Part shown: positions 44,809 to 55,243 of the stretch, piece by piece
Position numbering within the stretch: position 1 is the first letter of the stretch
Layout: each line of letters opens with the position of its first letter
From: Candidatus Tenderia sp.
GTDB taxonomy: Bacteria; Pseudomonadota; Gammaproteobacteria; Tenderiales; Tenderiaceae
Direction: 5' to 3'
DNA length: 64,000 nt
Assembly (NCBI GenBank): GCA_031416075.1
Contig: JANOSY010000031.1
Location: forward strand, 1 to 64,000
Made by a program: the position numbers and the translations under genes
The notes under the pieces: model-generated
Told to the model about the DNA's origin: nothing
What the model saw: the letters and a program-made list of their open reading frames with translations, nothing else
The model's database searches: none

Positions 44809-45261
44809 ATGGAAAAAAATAGACAAAAAAAAGCAGAAACAGCCTGGGTACTACTACTACGCTCCCAACAGGTATTGATCGATATTGTTGAAACCAAATT
44901 AAAAAGTGCCGGATTCCCACCACTCTCCTGGTACGACCTGCTGCTTGAGTTGGATAGAGAACCGGGCCGTGGTCTCAGGCAATATGAGATTGGTGAACGT
45001 GTTCTGCTAAACAAACACAACCTCTCGCGCCTCATAGACCGGTTAGAGAATCAGGCTCTTGTACAGCGAGTGGCATGTAATACTGATGGACGAGGCAACG
45101 TTATAAAAATAACGGAAAAAGGGGTGCATATGCGAAAAGCGATGTGGCCCATCTATGAACAGGCGATTCAAGAGGTGATTGCAAATCCCCTGACCGTCAA
45201 ACAGATCGACTCCCTCACCGATATAATGGGCGCACTCTTAAACCGGCATATTGATGTTTAA
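44809..45261 (+). CDS. MarR family transcriptional regulator
   Basis: 'PPLSWYD.LLEL', 'LSRLIDRLE...LV.R....DGRG...ITEKG'. Confidence 0.88.
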   Translation: MEKNRQKKAETAWVLLLRSQQVLIDIVETKLKSAGFPPLSWYDLLLELDREPGRGLRQYEIGERVLLNKHNLSRLIDRLENQALVQRVACNTDGRGNVIKITEKGVHMRKAMWPIYEQAIQEVIANPLTVKQIDSLTDIMGALLNRHIDV

Positions 45262-45270
45262 GCGCCATTA

Positions 45271-45726
45271 ATGACCCATATATTCAAGCTTCTTTTACCC
45301 ACACTCTTCCCATCCTGGCGCTTTTTCGACGTTATTGCCCCCTCACCACGTATTCAATACGCACTTCTAAACGCTGCGGGTGAGATCACCGATGAGTGGC
45401 AGGAGTTTCGCCCCCATCCAGCCCACCTCCCCTTCAAGCAGATTCTGCAACGCATGGTGTGGAATCCTGACTGGAACGAATCCCTGTTCTTAACCAGTTG
45501 CGCCGAACGACTGCTGGAAAAATCGACCGCCCATAGTGAGGATGAGATATTAAACCGAATAATGGCCGATCTACGAAAAACCGCCACCCATACCCGTCTG
45601 AATACAGCAACACAGCTACAGTTTCGTCTACAGCTTATCCAGCGTAATGGGCAGACCATTGAGCAAGAGATCGTCTTCTACTCCCGTATTCAGCCCATAC
45701 ATAAAGATAAAAAAAGATGGAGTTAG
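45271..45726 (+). CDS. Hypothetical protein, SdpA/DUF5819-like partner of the HTTM protein
   Basis: 'LFPSWRFFD.IAPSP' resembles the W-x-F-F...P motif of HTTM partner proteins; overlaps the next gene by 10 nt. Confidence 0.6.
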   Translation: MTHIFKLLLPTLFPSWRFFDVIAPSPRIQYALLNAAGEITDEWQEFRPHPAHLPFKQILQRMVWNPDWNESLFLTSCAERLLEKSTAHSEDEILNRIMADLRKTATHTRLNTATQLQFRLQLIQRNGQTIEQEIVFYSRIQPIHKDKKRWS

Positions 45727-46406
45727 ACAACGCCATTCGTCTCACGGAGATAGCCCTAGGGTTTGCATTTATCCAACAAAGCATCGAGCACTTTAAATCA
45801 ACCACCTACGAAAAAACGCTGTTCATTCCCAAGCTAATACTATCGCTAGTATTAATCGCCGGTTTTCAAACACCGTGGATCACACTGTTGCTACTGGTCA
45901 TCAGTCTGGCCATGTTAATCCGCTTTCAAGGCCCCTACAACGGTGGTGCCGATCGCATGAGTCTGCTCATCGTTAGCTGTTTATCTCTGGCTCACTTTGC
46001 CCCAACGCATTACTGGAGAGAAGTTGCATTTGGCTATCTAGCCCTGCAACTACTGCTCTCGTACTTTATTTCGGGATGGGTGAAAATTGTCAATCCAGAG
46101 TGGCGCAGTGGTCGCGCCTTATCGGATGTCTTTCAATTTTCCGCCTACCCTGTCAGTGACGCTTTGCGGCAGCTCGCCCATTCACCACAACTTATTTTTA
46201 TAATGTCCTGGGCAGTTATCCTGTTTGAAATACTGTTTCCGCTATCACTACTCTCAACCACCACACTGATTATTGCCCTATTCATAGCCGCAGGCTTCCA
46301 CTTTGCAAATGCCTGCCTATTTGGCCTTAACCGCTTTTTCTGGATATGGATTGCCGCCTACCCTTCAATACTCTGGTTTCAGCAACGGGTTATAGCTACG
46401 TTTTAA
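45717..46406 (+). CDS. HTTM domain membrane protein (SdpB/VKGC-like)
   Basis: 'YNGGADRM', 'SYFISGWVK....W.SG.AL', 'FEILFP', 'FH......GLNRF'. Confidence 0.8.
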   Translation: MELDNAIRLTEIALGFAFIQQSIEHFKSTTYEKTLFIPKLILSLVLIAGFQTPWITLLLLVISLAMLIRFQGPYNGGADRMSLLIVSCLSLAHFAPTHYWREVAFGYLALQLLLSYFISGWVKIVNPEWRSGRALSDVFQFSAYPVSDALRQLAHSPQLIFIMSWAVILFEILFPLSLLSTTTLIIALFIAAGFHFANACLFGLNRFFWIWIAAYPSILWFQQRVIATF

Positions 46407-46509
46407 AAACATCTCGTCGCCGCTACTGCCTTAACAGACGTGGTCACGATAAAACAGTACTCACCTTACACAACTGCAAACTACCCGCCCCAACCAATGT
46501 CACCCGTAT

Positions 46510-46540
46510 TGTTGGGGTTCGTTCCTCACCCCCAACCTAC
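46510..46540 (-). repeat. GTAG-type REP element (family B)
   Basis: GTAG-GTTGGGG-GTGAGGAACGAA-CCCCAAC hairpin. Confidence 0.65.
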
Positions 46541-46710
46541 AAACTCAACTTACAGGCCGGATATACGTGTGCAGTCAAACCTTAAAACTAAAAATGTGGC
46601 AGGCTTGAAAATCGGAAGGAGTCCACATACACATGCGGCTGTGCGGAGTGTGGGGGTCAGTAGCATGCTAACAATCCCTGGGACTTTGACCATCAGCAGT
46701 AAGTGGTTTA

Positions 46711-47904
46711 TTACTCTCCCAGCAGTGAACCGACTGGTTTTAAATCATCCACATGGTCACATACAGCCTTGATGGCCATAAGGATGGGAATACCTAACAG
46801 TAGACCCCATACACCCCACAACCAGCCCCAAAATAGCACCCCTGCAAAAATCACCACGGCGTTCATCTGGCTTGCTCGGCTCGTCAGCCAGGGGGTCAGC
46901 AAAAAACCTTCGAGACTGGTAATAACCAGTGCCGTGCCAGAAACAAATAGCCCCATAGCTATGGTTCCAAACTGGAAAAAAGCGACTAGTGCAACGGTAA
47001 CGGTAAAAATTACCGCGCCGAGATAAGGGATGGTATTTAATATCGCGGCGGTGATACCCCAAATGGCGGCATGTTCCAAGCCGATCCAGAGAAATGCCAA
47101 CCATGTGGCCACGCCTACAAGGGCGCTGGTGAAAAGTTGCACCAGTAGATAACGTTGAATCTGGCCTGTGATCTCATCTAAAACGTGAAGGGTTATTTTT
47201 TTCTTGCTAAAGGTAGGGCCACTAATTTTGACAAGTTTGCGTCGGAAGCTATCGCCGGAAACAATTAGAAAATAGGCGAGAAATAATACGATGGTAACTT
47301 GGCCAGCAAACCCGATTGCCCCCATCGTTCCGGACAAAAGATAATCTTGGATAATGAATTTGGGTTTTTCGATCTGTACCCGTGTTACCCCCCGCGGGGT
47401 GACGGGCGTCGCGGTGGGTGTGTCACTTGCTGCTTTTTCTAACTCGGCGGTTGCTTTTTGCACCTTTTCCATCGCGCTTTCGGAGGTGCCGCGCTCCTCA
47501 CGTAGCAGGTGACGGAACTTCTGTGCAGCCTGGGGAAGACTCTCTATAGTCGCGGCGGCATCATCACTGAGTGAATAAGCCAGTGAGCCTGTACCACCCA
47601 CTATGCCAATTAACAATACTGCAGCACCGATGGCGCGGGGAATTTTCCATTTTTGCATCAAGTTGACAGGCGGTGACAGTGCATAACTGATCATCAAGCC
47701 AAACATCAGCGGGATGAAAAATGCACGCGCCCAATGCAGCGCGAAGATGACGGCAATCACTGTGAGCAGGATAAGTGTAATGCTATGTGCCTCTACCGAA
47801 ATGCGGGGCATAGGTGATTGAGTAGTGCCGGGCACGGTCGTCCGCTGCTGCAATAGGTGTTTAGAGCTCGTGGGGGTGGGTGATGAGGTGGAGGTGGTTT
47901 TCAT
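46711..47904 (-). CDS. AI-2E family transporter
   Basis: 'LNTIPYLG', 'LEG.LLTPWL', 'FWGWLWG.WG.LLGIP'. Confidence 0.88.
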   Translation of the reverse strand: MKTTSTSSPTPTSSKHLLQQRTTVPGTTQSPMPRISVEAHSITLILLTVIAVIFALHWARAFFIPLMFGLMISYALSPPVNLMQKWKIPRAIGAAVLLIGIVGGTGSLAYSLSDDAAATIESLPQAAQKFRHLLREERGTSESAMEKVQKATAELEKAASDTPTATPVTPRGVTRVQIEKPKFIIQDYLLSGTMGAIGFAGQVTIVLFLAYFLIVSGDSFRRKLVKISGPTFSKKKITLHVLDEITGQIQRYLLVQLFTSALVGVATWLAFLWIGLEHAAIWGITAAILNTIPYLGAVIFTVTVALVAFFQFGTIAMGLFVSGTALVITSLEGFLLTPWLTSRASQMNAVVIFAGVLFWGWLWGVWGLLLGIPILMAIKAVCDHVDDLKPVGSLLGE

Positions 47905-48214
47905 TGCGCATTGCCTCTGGCAGGGTAGTGAAATGTAAACACGCTGATGCTGGAGTTAAGCCTTCACCAAGCCTATCATGTAGCTATGCTGGATAGTATC
48001 TCATTGAGAGGTTTCTGGTTCTGAAATTCAGGTTACAGGTAAGTGACTTATTGTTTTATTACCTGCCTGCCATCGTCGACAAAGTGCGACGGCAGTGTCG
48101 TTAGGGTGAATCACTCTATGGGGTAAGCGTTTTATAGCGTAATTCTAACCGTAATGTGTATACATTATTGTCTCTCCTGGCATCAGGCCAATCTCATCAA
48201 CTGGAGTTATCTCG

Positions 48215-48973
48215 ATGTGGTCATTTGAGCACTGGCGTCAGCAGCGCATTTTGAAACGCAGTGCCATCGACGACGCGCTCTGGAATACACTCTGGAGCCA
48301 GTTACCGTTGCTACATGGGCTGACAGCAGCAGAGGGTGAGCGGCTGCGCGCTCTGGCACTGCTGTTTCTGCACGACAAGGTGATCGAACCCGTGCAAGGG
48401 TTGGCGCTGGATGAGGCGGCGCGTTTGCGTATTGCGGTGTTGGCCTGTCTGCCAATCTTGAATCTTGGTTTCGAGTGGTATGACGGCTGGGTCGAGGTGG
48501 TGGTCTATGCCGACGACTTCATTAACGGCCGTGATGAAGTCGATGAGGCGGGGCTGATCCATCGTAATCACAATGTGTTAAGTGGTGAGGCGTGGAGTCA
48601 TGGGCCGGTGATCTTCTCCTGGGCCAGCGTATTGGCAGCCGGGCAGGGAGATGGCCACAATGTGGTAATCCATGAGATGGCCCATAAGTTGGATATGCTC
48701 AATGGTGTCGCCAATGGTTTTCCGCCGCTGCATGTCGAGATGAAACAACAGGCATGGAGTAATGCCTTTGCCGCGGCCTATGGCGATCTCAGCCGTCGTA
48801 TTGCCAATGGTGAGCGCAGTGAGATCAACAGTTACGCAGCCACTAATCCGGCTGAGTACTTTGCAGTCTGCAGTGAATATTTTTTTGATGCGCCCTGGCA
48901 ACTACTGCATCACTACCCCGACGTCTATCATCAACTGAGTCTCTTCTATCGCCAGACGCCAGTAGGACGGTAG
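48215..48973 (+). CDS. mtfA: MtfA-like zinc peptidase (M90)
   Basis: 'GEAW..GPVI.SW', 'NVVIHEMAHKLD', 'YAATNPAEYFAV.SE.FF'. Confidence 0.88.
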   Translation: MWSFEHWRQQRILKRSAIDDALWNTLWSQLPLLHGLTAAEGERLRALALLFLHDKVIEPVQGLALDEAARLRIAVLACLPILNLGFEWYDGWVEVVVYADDFINGRDEVDEAGLIHRNHNVLSGEAWSHGPVIFSWASVLAAGQGDGHNVVIHEMAHKLDMLNGVANGFPPLHVEMKQQAWSNAFAAAYGDLSRRIANGERSEINSYAATNPAEYFAVCSEYFFDAPWQLLHHYPDVYHQLSLFYRQTPVGR

Positions 48974-48976
48974 CAA

Positions 48977-49046
48977 GCAGCCTGGAAGCAGCGCTGCGGA
49001 TCTCGGGAAACAGCTCCCGAATCACACCGCGTTTCATCCAAGCCAC
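48977..49046. repeat. Degenerate REP doublet (family A)
   Basis: gcagcctggaagcagcgctgcggatctcggga ... tcccgaatcacaccgcgtttcatccaagccac; a decayed match to 53572-53641. Confidence 0.55.
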
Positions 49047-49100
49047 ACACTGCATTAACACTACACAATTACAAACCACCCGCACCGCCCAATCGTTACA

Positions 49101-50000
49101 CTACAGCGCAACGACCTCTTCTAACCGCCGAATATTGTTCACCTGTAAAGAGTCGCTCAGCGCATCCAGTGCAGCGCCCGGTTCATAATCAAACTGAATA
49201 GTCACGTAATCACCTGCACTCACAGCCATCGGCTTGGCAAGCGGAACAATCAGGTACTGATTATACCAATCAACCGTACGTTGCTCAGCCATCAATATTG
49301 CCAGGATGTTTTTTGTCACCATACGAATAGCATTTAAGTGGCCATCCTTGGCAATTTTTATCGTCCCATCAAAGCTGCATCGCTGCGGTAACTCAGCATC
49401 ATAAGTAAAACTCTGGAATAGCGCCGGATCACTCAACTCACGACTCTTTTCATGAACCGCCGTAGGCTCCTGAAACAAAATTGTCTGGGCGTAATAACCC
49501 TCAAAATTAAAATCCTGCTCAATCGGCTGCACCGCCTGAATACACGCCTCCGGCACAAAGATTGGCAATGGGCCGCCAAATTTTTCCAGGTAACGCTGTT
49601 TAAACTGATCTATCATCGCAACCTGTTTCTCACGCAGCAGCCCCACATGCAACATCTCACAAATCACCACATCAACAGGCTCAGGCGGCAGATAACGGCT
49701 TGCATCCGCCTGAACGATCTCCACCCTATCGCCATTGTTGTTCTGCCGCATAATGCGCCGTGCAGCCGCCACCAGTTCAGGGTTGCGCTCCACACACCAA
49801 ACATGCCCCGCCTGCTGCGCCGCAAAAAAAGATAACACCCCCGTACCACCGCCCAGCTCCAGCACCCGCGCACCCGGCCGCACCACCTCTTGCAACGCAC
49901 GTTTGAAGCCCTGCATACGCGCAGTATCGTTAAGCATGTTGTAGTGATACTGCAACGGGATAAACTGGCCCAACTCCAGATGGTCATATCTACTCTTCAT
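49101..50000 (-). CDS. PRMT-like class I SAM-dependent methyltransferase
   Basis: 'YHYNMLND..R', 'VLELGGGTGVLS', 'DVVICEMLHVGLLRE' (double-Glu loop), beta-rich C-terminal domain; RBS GGGAG before ATG 50000. Confidence 0.75.
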   Translation of the reverse strand: MKSRYDHLELGQFIPLQYHYNMLNDTARMQGFKRALQEVVRPGARVLELGGGTGVLSFFAAQQAGHVWCVERNPELVAAARRIMRQNNNGDRVEIVQADASRYLPPEPVDVVICEMLHVGLLREKQVAMIDQFKQRYLEKFGGPLPIFVPEACIQAVQPIEQDFNFEGYYAQTILFQEPTAVHEKSRELSDPALFQSFTYDAELPQRCSFDGTIKIAKDGHLNAIRMVTKNILAILMAEQRTVDWYNQYLIVPLAKPMAVSAGDYVTIQFDYEPGAALDALSDSLQVNNIRRLEEVVAL

Positions 50001-50110
50001 ACACACTCCCCGATCAGATTGATTACAAACAGCCATCAAAAGTGGAGTTATTCGACTCAACACCCTGCACCAGCCATTGTTTTTATAACCCAAACTACTA
50101 AAGCCTATAA

Positions 50111-50126
50111 AGCAAGGTGCGGGCCA
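50111..50126 (-). promoter_or_regulatory. sigma-54 promoter upstream of the methyltransferase
   Basis: TGGCCCGCACCTTGCT, one mismatch to TGGCACG-N4-TTGCW. Confidence 0.6.
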
Positions 50127-50301
50127 ATCAAAAAAACAGGATAGATCCAGGGTGTAACCGATCTATTGCGGCAGCACGTTGCCGCAACAATTAGAGAACA
50201 ATGGCAAGTGCGGAGAAAAATTGCCTATTCAAGAATCGGTTTCAGAGGTAAGTACGTAACAATATAACCAGACAAAACATCCATCAAACCTACTGTACAG
50301 A

Positions 50302-51159
50302 CTACTTTAACCAATCACCAAATTCAGGTGGTAAAGGCGTAATCGTACCCGTGGTTGGCCAGTTCTGTTTGTTTGCCATTGCGGCAATGTTTTCAATCCG
50401 GTTAGCCGTTTGCGGGTGACTATTAAAAAATTCCGGAGGCTGGCCACCAGTCTCCTGCAACTGGTCCAATACATTAAACAGCGTGTCGGCACCCGCCACA
50501 TGGCCATAGAGCTGTGCCAGGGCCTGCAACGCAGTTTCATCAGACTGCTGTTCTTGTTCGCGGCTGAATTTAAGCGCCGTCAACAGCCCCGCTCCACCCA
50601 GCACATCACTCATTATAGAAGCACCGGCCGCACTACTAACCACGGCAATAGCGGTTCCCGTAATCACACCACGCCCCAGCGACTTGATTGGATGGCGATA
50701 CTTAACATGGGCAATTTCATGGGCCATCACCATCGCCAGCGCATTTTCATTAGAGACGTTCTGCAACAAACCACGAAAGAAAAACAAATGGCCACCCAGT
50801 GTGGCAAAGGCATTCACCGTCTCATCATTGATGTAATGAACCGTAATAGTCATCCCTTCCGGCAACCCCTCCGCCACCGCCACACGCTCCGCCAACGACT
50901 GCAGGTAGCCTGTCATCGCGGTCTCATCTGGCGTCACATGCTCATCTTTGAGCTGGTCGACAAATATATTTGCCATCTTCTGTTCCGCACTAAACGGAAT
51001 AAAAGGTGCCAGCAGATGGGCAGCCAGGCCAAGTGAGACAACAATCACCACAATAAACAACACAACAGCCGCCAGCAGCAAGCCAAACTCTTTGAGTGGA
51101 TGCTCCTTGCTGGTATTGATGCCTTCCGGCGGTTGGACCTGTCGGTATTCCAGGGTCAC
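50302..51159 (-). CDS. M48 family metallopeptidase
   Basis: 'VNAFA..GG', 'HEIAH', 'FSREQE..SD', 'SHP....RI'. Confidence 0.9.
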   Translation of the reverse strand: MTLEYRQVQPPEGINTSKEHPLKEFGLLLAAVVLFIVVIVVSLGLAAHLLAPFIPFSAEQKMANIFVDQLKDEHVTPDETAMTGYLQSLAERVAVAEGLPEGMTITVHYINDETVNAFATLGGHLFFFRGLLQNVSNENALAMVMAHEIAHVKYRHPIKSLGRGVITGTAIAVVSSAAGASIMSDVLGGAGLLTALKFSREQEQQSDETALQALAQLYGHVAGADTLFNVLDQLQETGGQPPEFFNSHPQTANRIENIAAMANKQNWPTTGTITPLPPEFGDWLK

Positions 51160-51638
51160 TCTCCTATTGCAGTGGGTAGTGCAGCGGGCGCAACAACGGG
51201 AATAATGGCAGTGCCATAAGCCAACACCTCCACCGAACCAATATTGTTCTTGCGCCCCTTGTAGATACTGGCAGTCTCTAACTTGATATTAAAAACCATC
51301 TTGGCACCCAAGCCATCGGCCTGCTCCTTCATACGCAACACCGCCTCGCGGCGGGCACGGTCAAGCAGCGTCTCATAACTCCTTATTCGCCCACCCACCA
51401 AACTACGCAAGCCAGCGGCAATACGTTTAAAGTAATCAATTGAAATCACCACACTGCCCGTCACCAGCTGAGTGCGTTGGGGAACAAGCGATGGCGGCGG
51501 CAGACGTAGCGCAATCGCAGGGATACGATTCAGATCAATCTCACGTTCAATAATGGATTTGTAGTGGCGCTGCTCAGCAACCCGGCCAAAGCCATAACCC
51601 AGCCCCAACAGCACCAGAAAAACAATCAGATCAAACAT
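51156..51638 (-). CDS. Membrane-anchored YbjQ (UPF0145) family protein
   Basis: N-terminal TM; 'LRSLVGG.I.SYE.LLDRARREA..RM', 'EVLAYGTA'. Confidence 0.85.
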   Translation of the reverse strand: MFDLIVFLVLLGLGYGFGRVAEQRHYKSIIEREIDLNRIPAIALRLPPPSLVPQRTQLVTGSVVISIDYFKRIAAGLRSLVGGRIRSYETLLDRARREAVLRMKEQADGLGAKMVFNIKLETASIYKGRKNNIGSVEVLAYGTAIIPVVAPAALPTAIGE

Positions 51639-51644
51639 AAGGGT

Positions 51645-51959
51645 CTAATCCAGAATCACGGCAGTGCCGTAGGCATACAGCTCTGCTGCACCTTGGGTGA
51701 CCGACGACGTAGAAAAGCGAATATTCAGCACCGCATTTGCCCCCGCCGCCTCCGCCTGCTGCACCATGCGCGAAACTGCCTCTTCACGCGACTCCTGCAA
51801 CAACTCTGTATATCCCTTCAGCTCACCGCCAAAGATATTTTTAAGGCTCGCCATAATGTCACGCCCCACATGTTTGGCGCGCACAGAGTTACCTTGCACC
51901 AACCCCAGGTGTTCTTTCACCATCCGGCCCGGTACGATTTCAAGGTTAGTTAACAGCAT
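51645..51959 (-). CDS. YbjQ (UPF0145) family protein
   Basis: 'GRDIMA.LKNIFGGELKGYTELL..SREEA..RM', 'YAYGTAV'. Confidence 0.9.
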   Translation of the reverse strand: MLLTNLEIVPGRMVKEHLGLVQGNSVRAKHVGRDIMASLKNIFGGELKGYTELLQESREEAVSRMVQQAEAAGANAVLNIRFSTSSVTQGAAELYAYGTAVILD

Positions 51960-52038
51960 GTTGTTTCCTTTGATATTTTCAAAACCATTGTTTAAAAAGT
52001 AGCTTAAAAGCAACGCCGGAGATTAAAGAGAGGCAACT

Positions 52039-52069
52039 CCCGGATTGCGCTACGCTTCATCTGGGCTAC
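52039..52069 (-). repeat. GTAG-type REP element (family A)
   Basis: GTAGCCCAGATGAAGCGTAGCGCAATCCGGG; its TAG is the Fic stop codon. Confidence 0.7.
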
Positions 52070-53547
52070 CTTGCTTGTAGTGACCGCTTCCACTCTGCGA
52101 GTGCAATTGCGGTAGAACTCTCAAGCCATTCCGCGAAGCGTTTCTCTGTACTTTCGTATGACTCGACATAGTTGAATTGAAAAAGATCAGTCGCTGCGGG
52201 GCGCAAACTGACAATTTCCGTACCGCCATCTTCGCGAGGAACCTTCACATAGGTGAACGCAGAGGCCACAAGAACCCCCGTGTCCCCAGGGCCGTAGCCA
52301 TGAAAACTTACTACATAGTCAAACTCTTGCTCTGTCGCGAGAGTTATTCTGACCCAAGAGCGGTACTGCTCAAAATTGGCGAAATAATCGAATTGATTGG
52401 CCGCCTCAACAATATGTTTTTGGAAATAGTGACGCTGCGCCGAGGCGTTGTTCGCGGAGTTTGTGCGAGCTTGATACTTCTGCTTTTGTTGTGGCGGCGT
52501 TACTGCTTGAAGCTGCCCATCCAAGCTTGTGACGAGCAGCCTGAATTTTCCTTCAACCGTCGAGAAGAGCTTCTCAGCATGCTCGTAGACAACAGATACC
52601 TTGTGCTTTTCCTTGCTAAATTTTGTTTTTAGCAGTTCAAGCGCCGAACTAATGATCTGATCAGCGTACTTGCTTTGTTGGACTTGTTGCTCCAGACCAA
52701 GCGCTTTAAGAATTGCTTCCTTTTGGCGACGCGCAAAGAAGGAAATCAACGGCGAAAGATCACCGACATCCGCTGACTCAAGTGCGCCGATGTACTCTTC
52801 TCGATCGGACTCTCTAACAACCAACGGGAACAATCCTTCGCGAAGAAATACTAGCGATGCAAGTGCGCGCGCTACGCGACCGTTGCCGTCTTGGAACGGG
52901 TGAATTTGAGTAAATCTATGATGTAACCATGCAGATTTTACTTCTGGCGTATACGTGTCATCTGCCTCGCGATACAAACGGATCAGGCTCTCCATCTCCT
53001 CCTTTGTTAATTCAGGCGGGCAGTATCGGTGTATTTCGCCGTCTGATCTTCGTGGATTGTTCGGTAGAGTCTTGTATTCTCCCTTTAGCAGCGTGACATG
53101 AACCAAATCACCTGATTCAGTTACTGCCTCGGTGTAGTCTTGATGCGCAGTAAACTGAGCCTGAAGCCCGCGAACGAAGTACTCCGAAAGTGGCTCTTCC
53201 CCTTTGATGTAGCTAAACAAACCTTCGACAATGCCAAGATGATCGTTGATCAGCGCGTGTATGTGCTCCGCGTCACGCTGAGAAACACCCCCACGGTGAG
53301 AGATTATCGAGGATTCAATCCCCTGCTCGATTAGTACCTCCGTTACGCCACGGTCCCACGCGTACAGCCGCTCGATAATTCCGGTTTCAATTGCCCACTC
53401 GCGCTGTAACTTCTTGATGAATTCTTTGTATGCGCCATTCTCTTCGAGTGCGGACTTTTTCTCCTGCCATACAGACGTTAGTGCCCGAAGTTCCGGGAAC
53501 TCATATGCCTGAAGACTAGGGAATGGCTGGATACGCTGGTATTTCAT
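52066..53547 (-). CDS. Fic family protein with uncharacterised C-terminal domain
   Basis: Canonical 'HPFQDGNGRVAR' motif; start MKYQRI at 53547. Confidence 0.9.
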   Translation of the reverse strand: MKYQRIQPFPSLQAYEFPELRALTSVWQEKKSALEENGAYKEFIKKLQREWAIETGIIERLYAWDRGVTEVLIEQGIESSIISHRGGVSQRDAEHIHALINDHLGIVEGLFSYIKGEEPLSEYFVRGLQAQFTAHQDYTEAVTESGDLVHVTLLKGEYKTLPNNPRRSDGEIHRYCPPELTKEEMESLIRLYREADDTYTPEVKSAWLHHRFTQIHPFQDGNGRVARALASLVFLREGLFPLVVRESDREEYIGALESADVGDLSPLISFFARRQKEAILKALGLEQQVQQSKYADQIISSALELLKTKFSKEKHKVSVVYEHAEKLFSTVEGKFRLLVTSLDGQLQAVTPPQQKQKYQARTNSANNASAQRHYFQKHIVEAANQFDYFANFEQYRSWVRITLATEQEFDYVVSFHGYGPGDTGVLVASAFTYVKVPREDGGTEIVSLRPAATDLFQFNYVESYESTEKRFAEWLESSTAIALAEWKRSLQAR

Positions 53548-53571
53548 CTTGGCACCTTTGTCGATAAGCAA

Positions 53572-53641
53572 GTAGCCCGGAAGCAGCGCAGCGAATTCCG
53601 GGGATCAGATACCGGATTGCACTACGTTGCATCTAGGCTAC
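53572..53641. repeat. Inverted REP doublet (REPIN-like, family A)
   Basis: gtagcccggaagcagcgcagcgaattccggg (53572-53602) and ccggattgcactacgttgcatctaggctac (53612-53641). Confidence 0.7.
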
Positions 53642-53699
53642 CCCACTGAACTGTTGTTTTGACGTAACTACTCACCGTTTGCATCACAGCTGTAACTAA

Positions 53700-55217
<1,518 letters not shown>

Positions 55218-55243
55218 TTTATTAGATCTTCGTTGTGATTGAT

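Noticed and set aside
46440-46772. 110-aa ORF as an SdpC-like precursor for the HTTM pair
   Set aside because: It runs through a REP element, lacks a signal peptide and overlaps the AI-2E gene end.
48066-48094. Imperfect palindrome ctgccatcgtcg...cgacggcag between the AI-2E gene and mtfA
   Set aside because: A single imperfect stem with no recognisable riboswitch or operator consensus.
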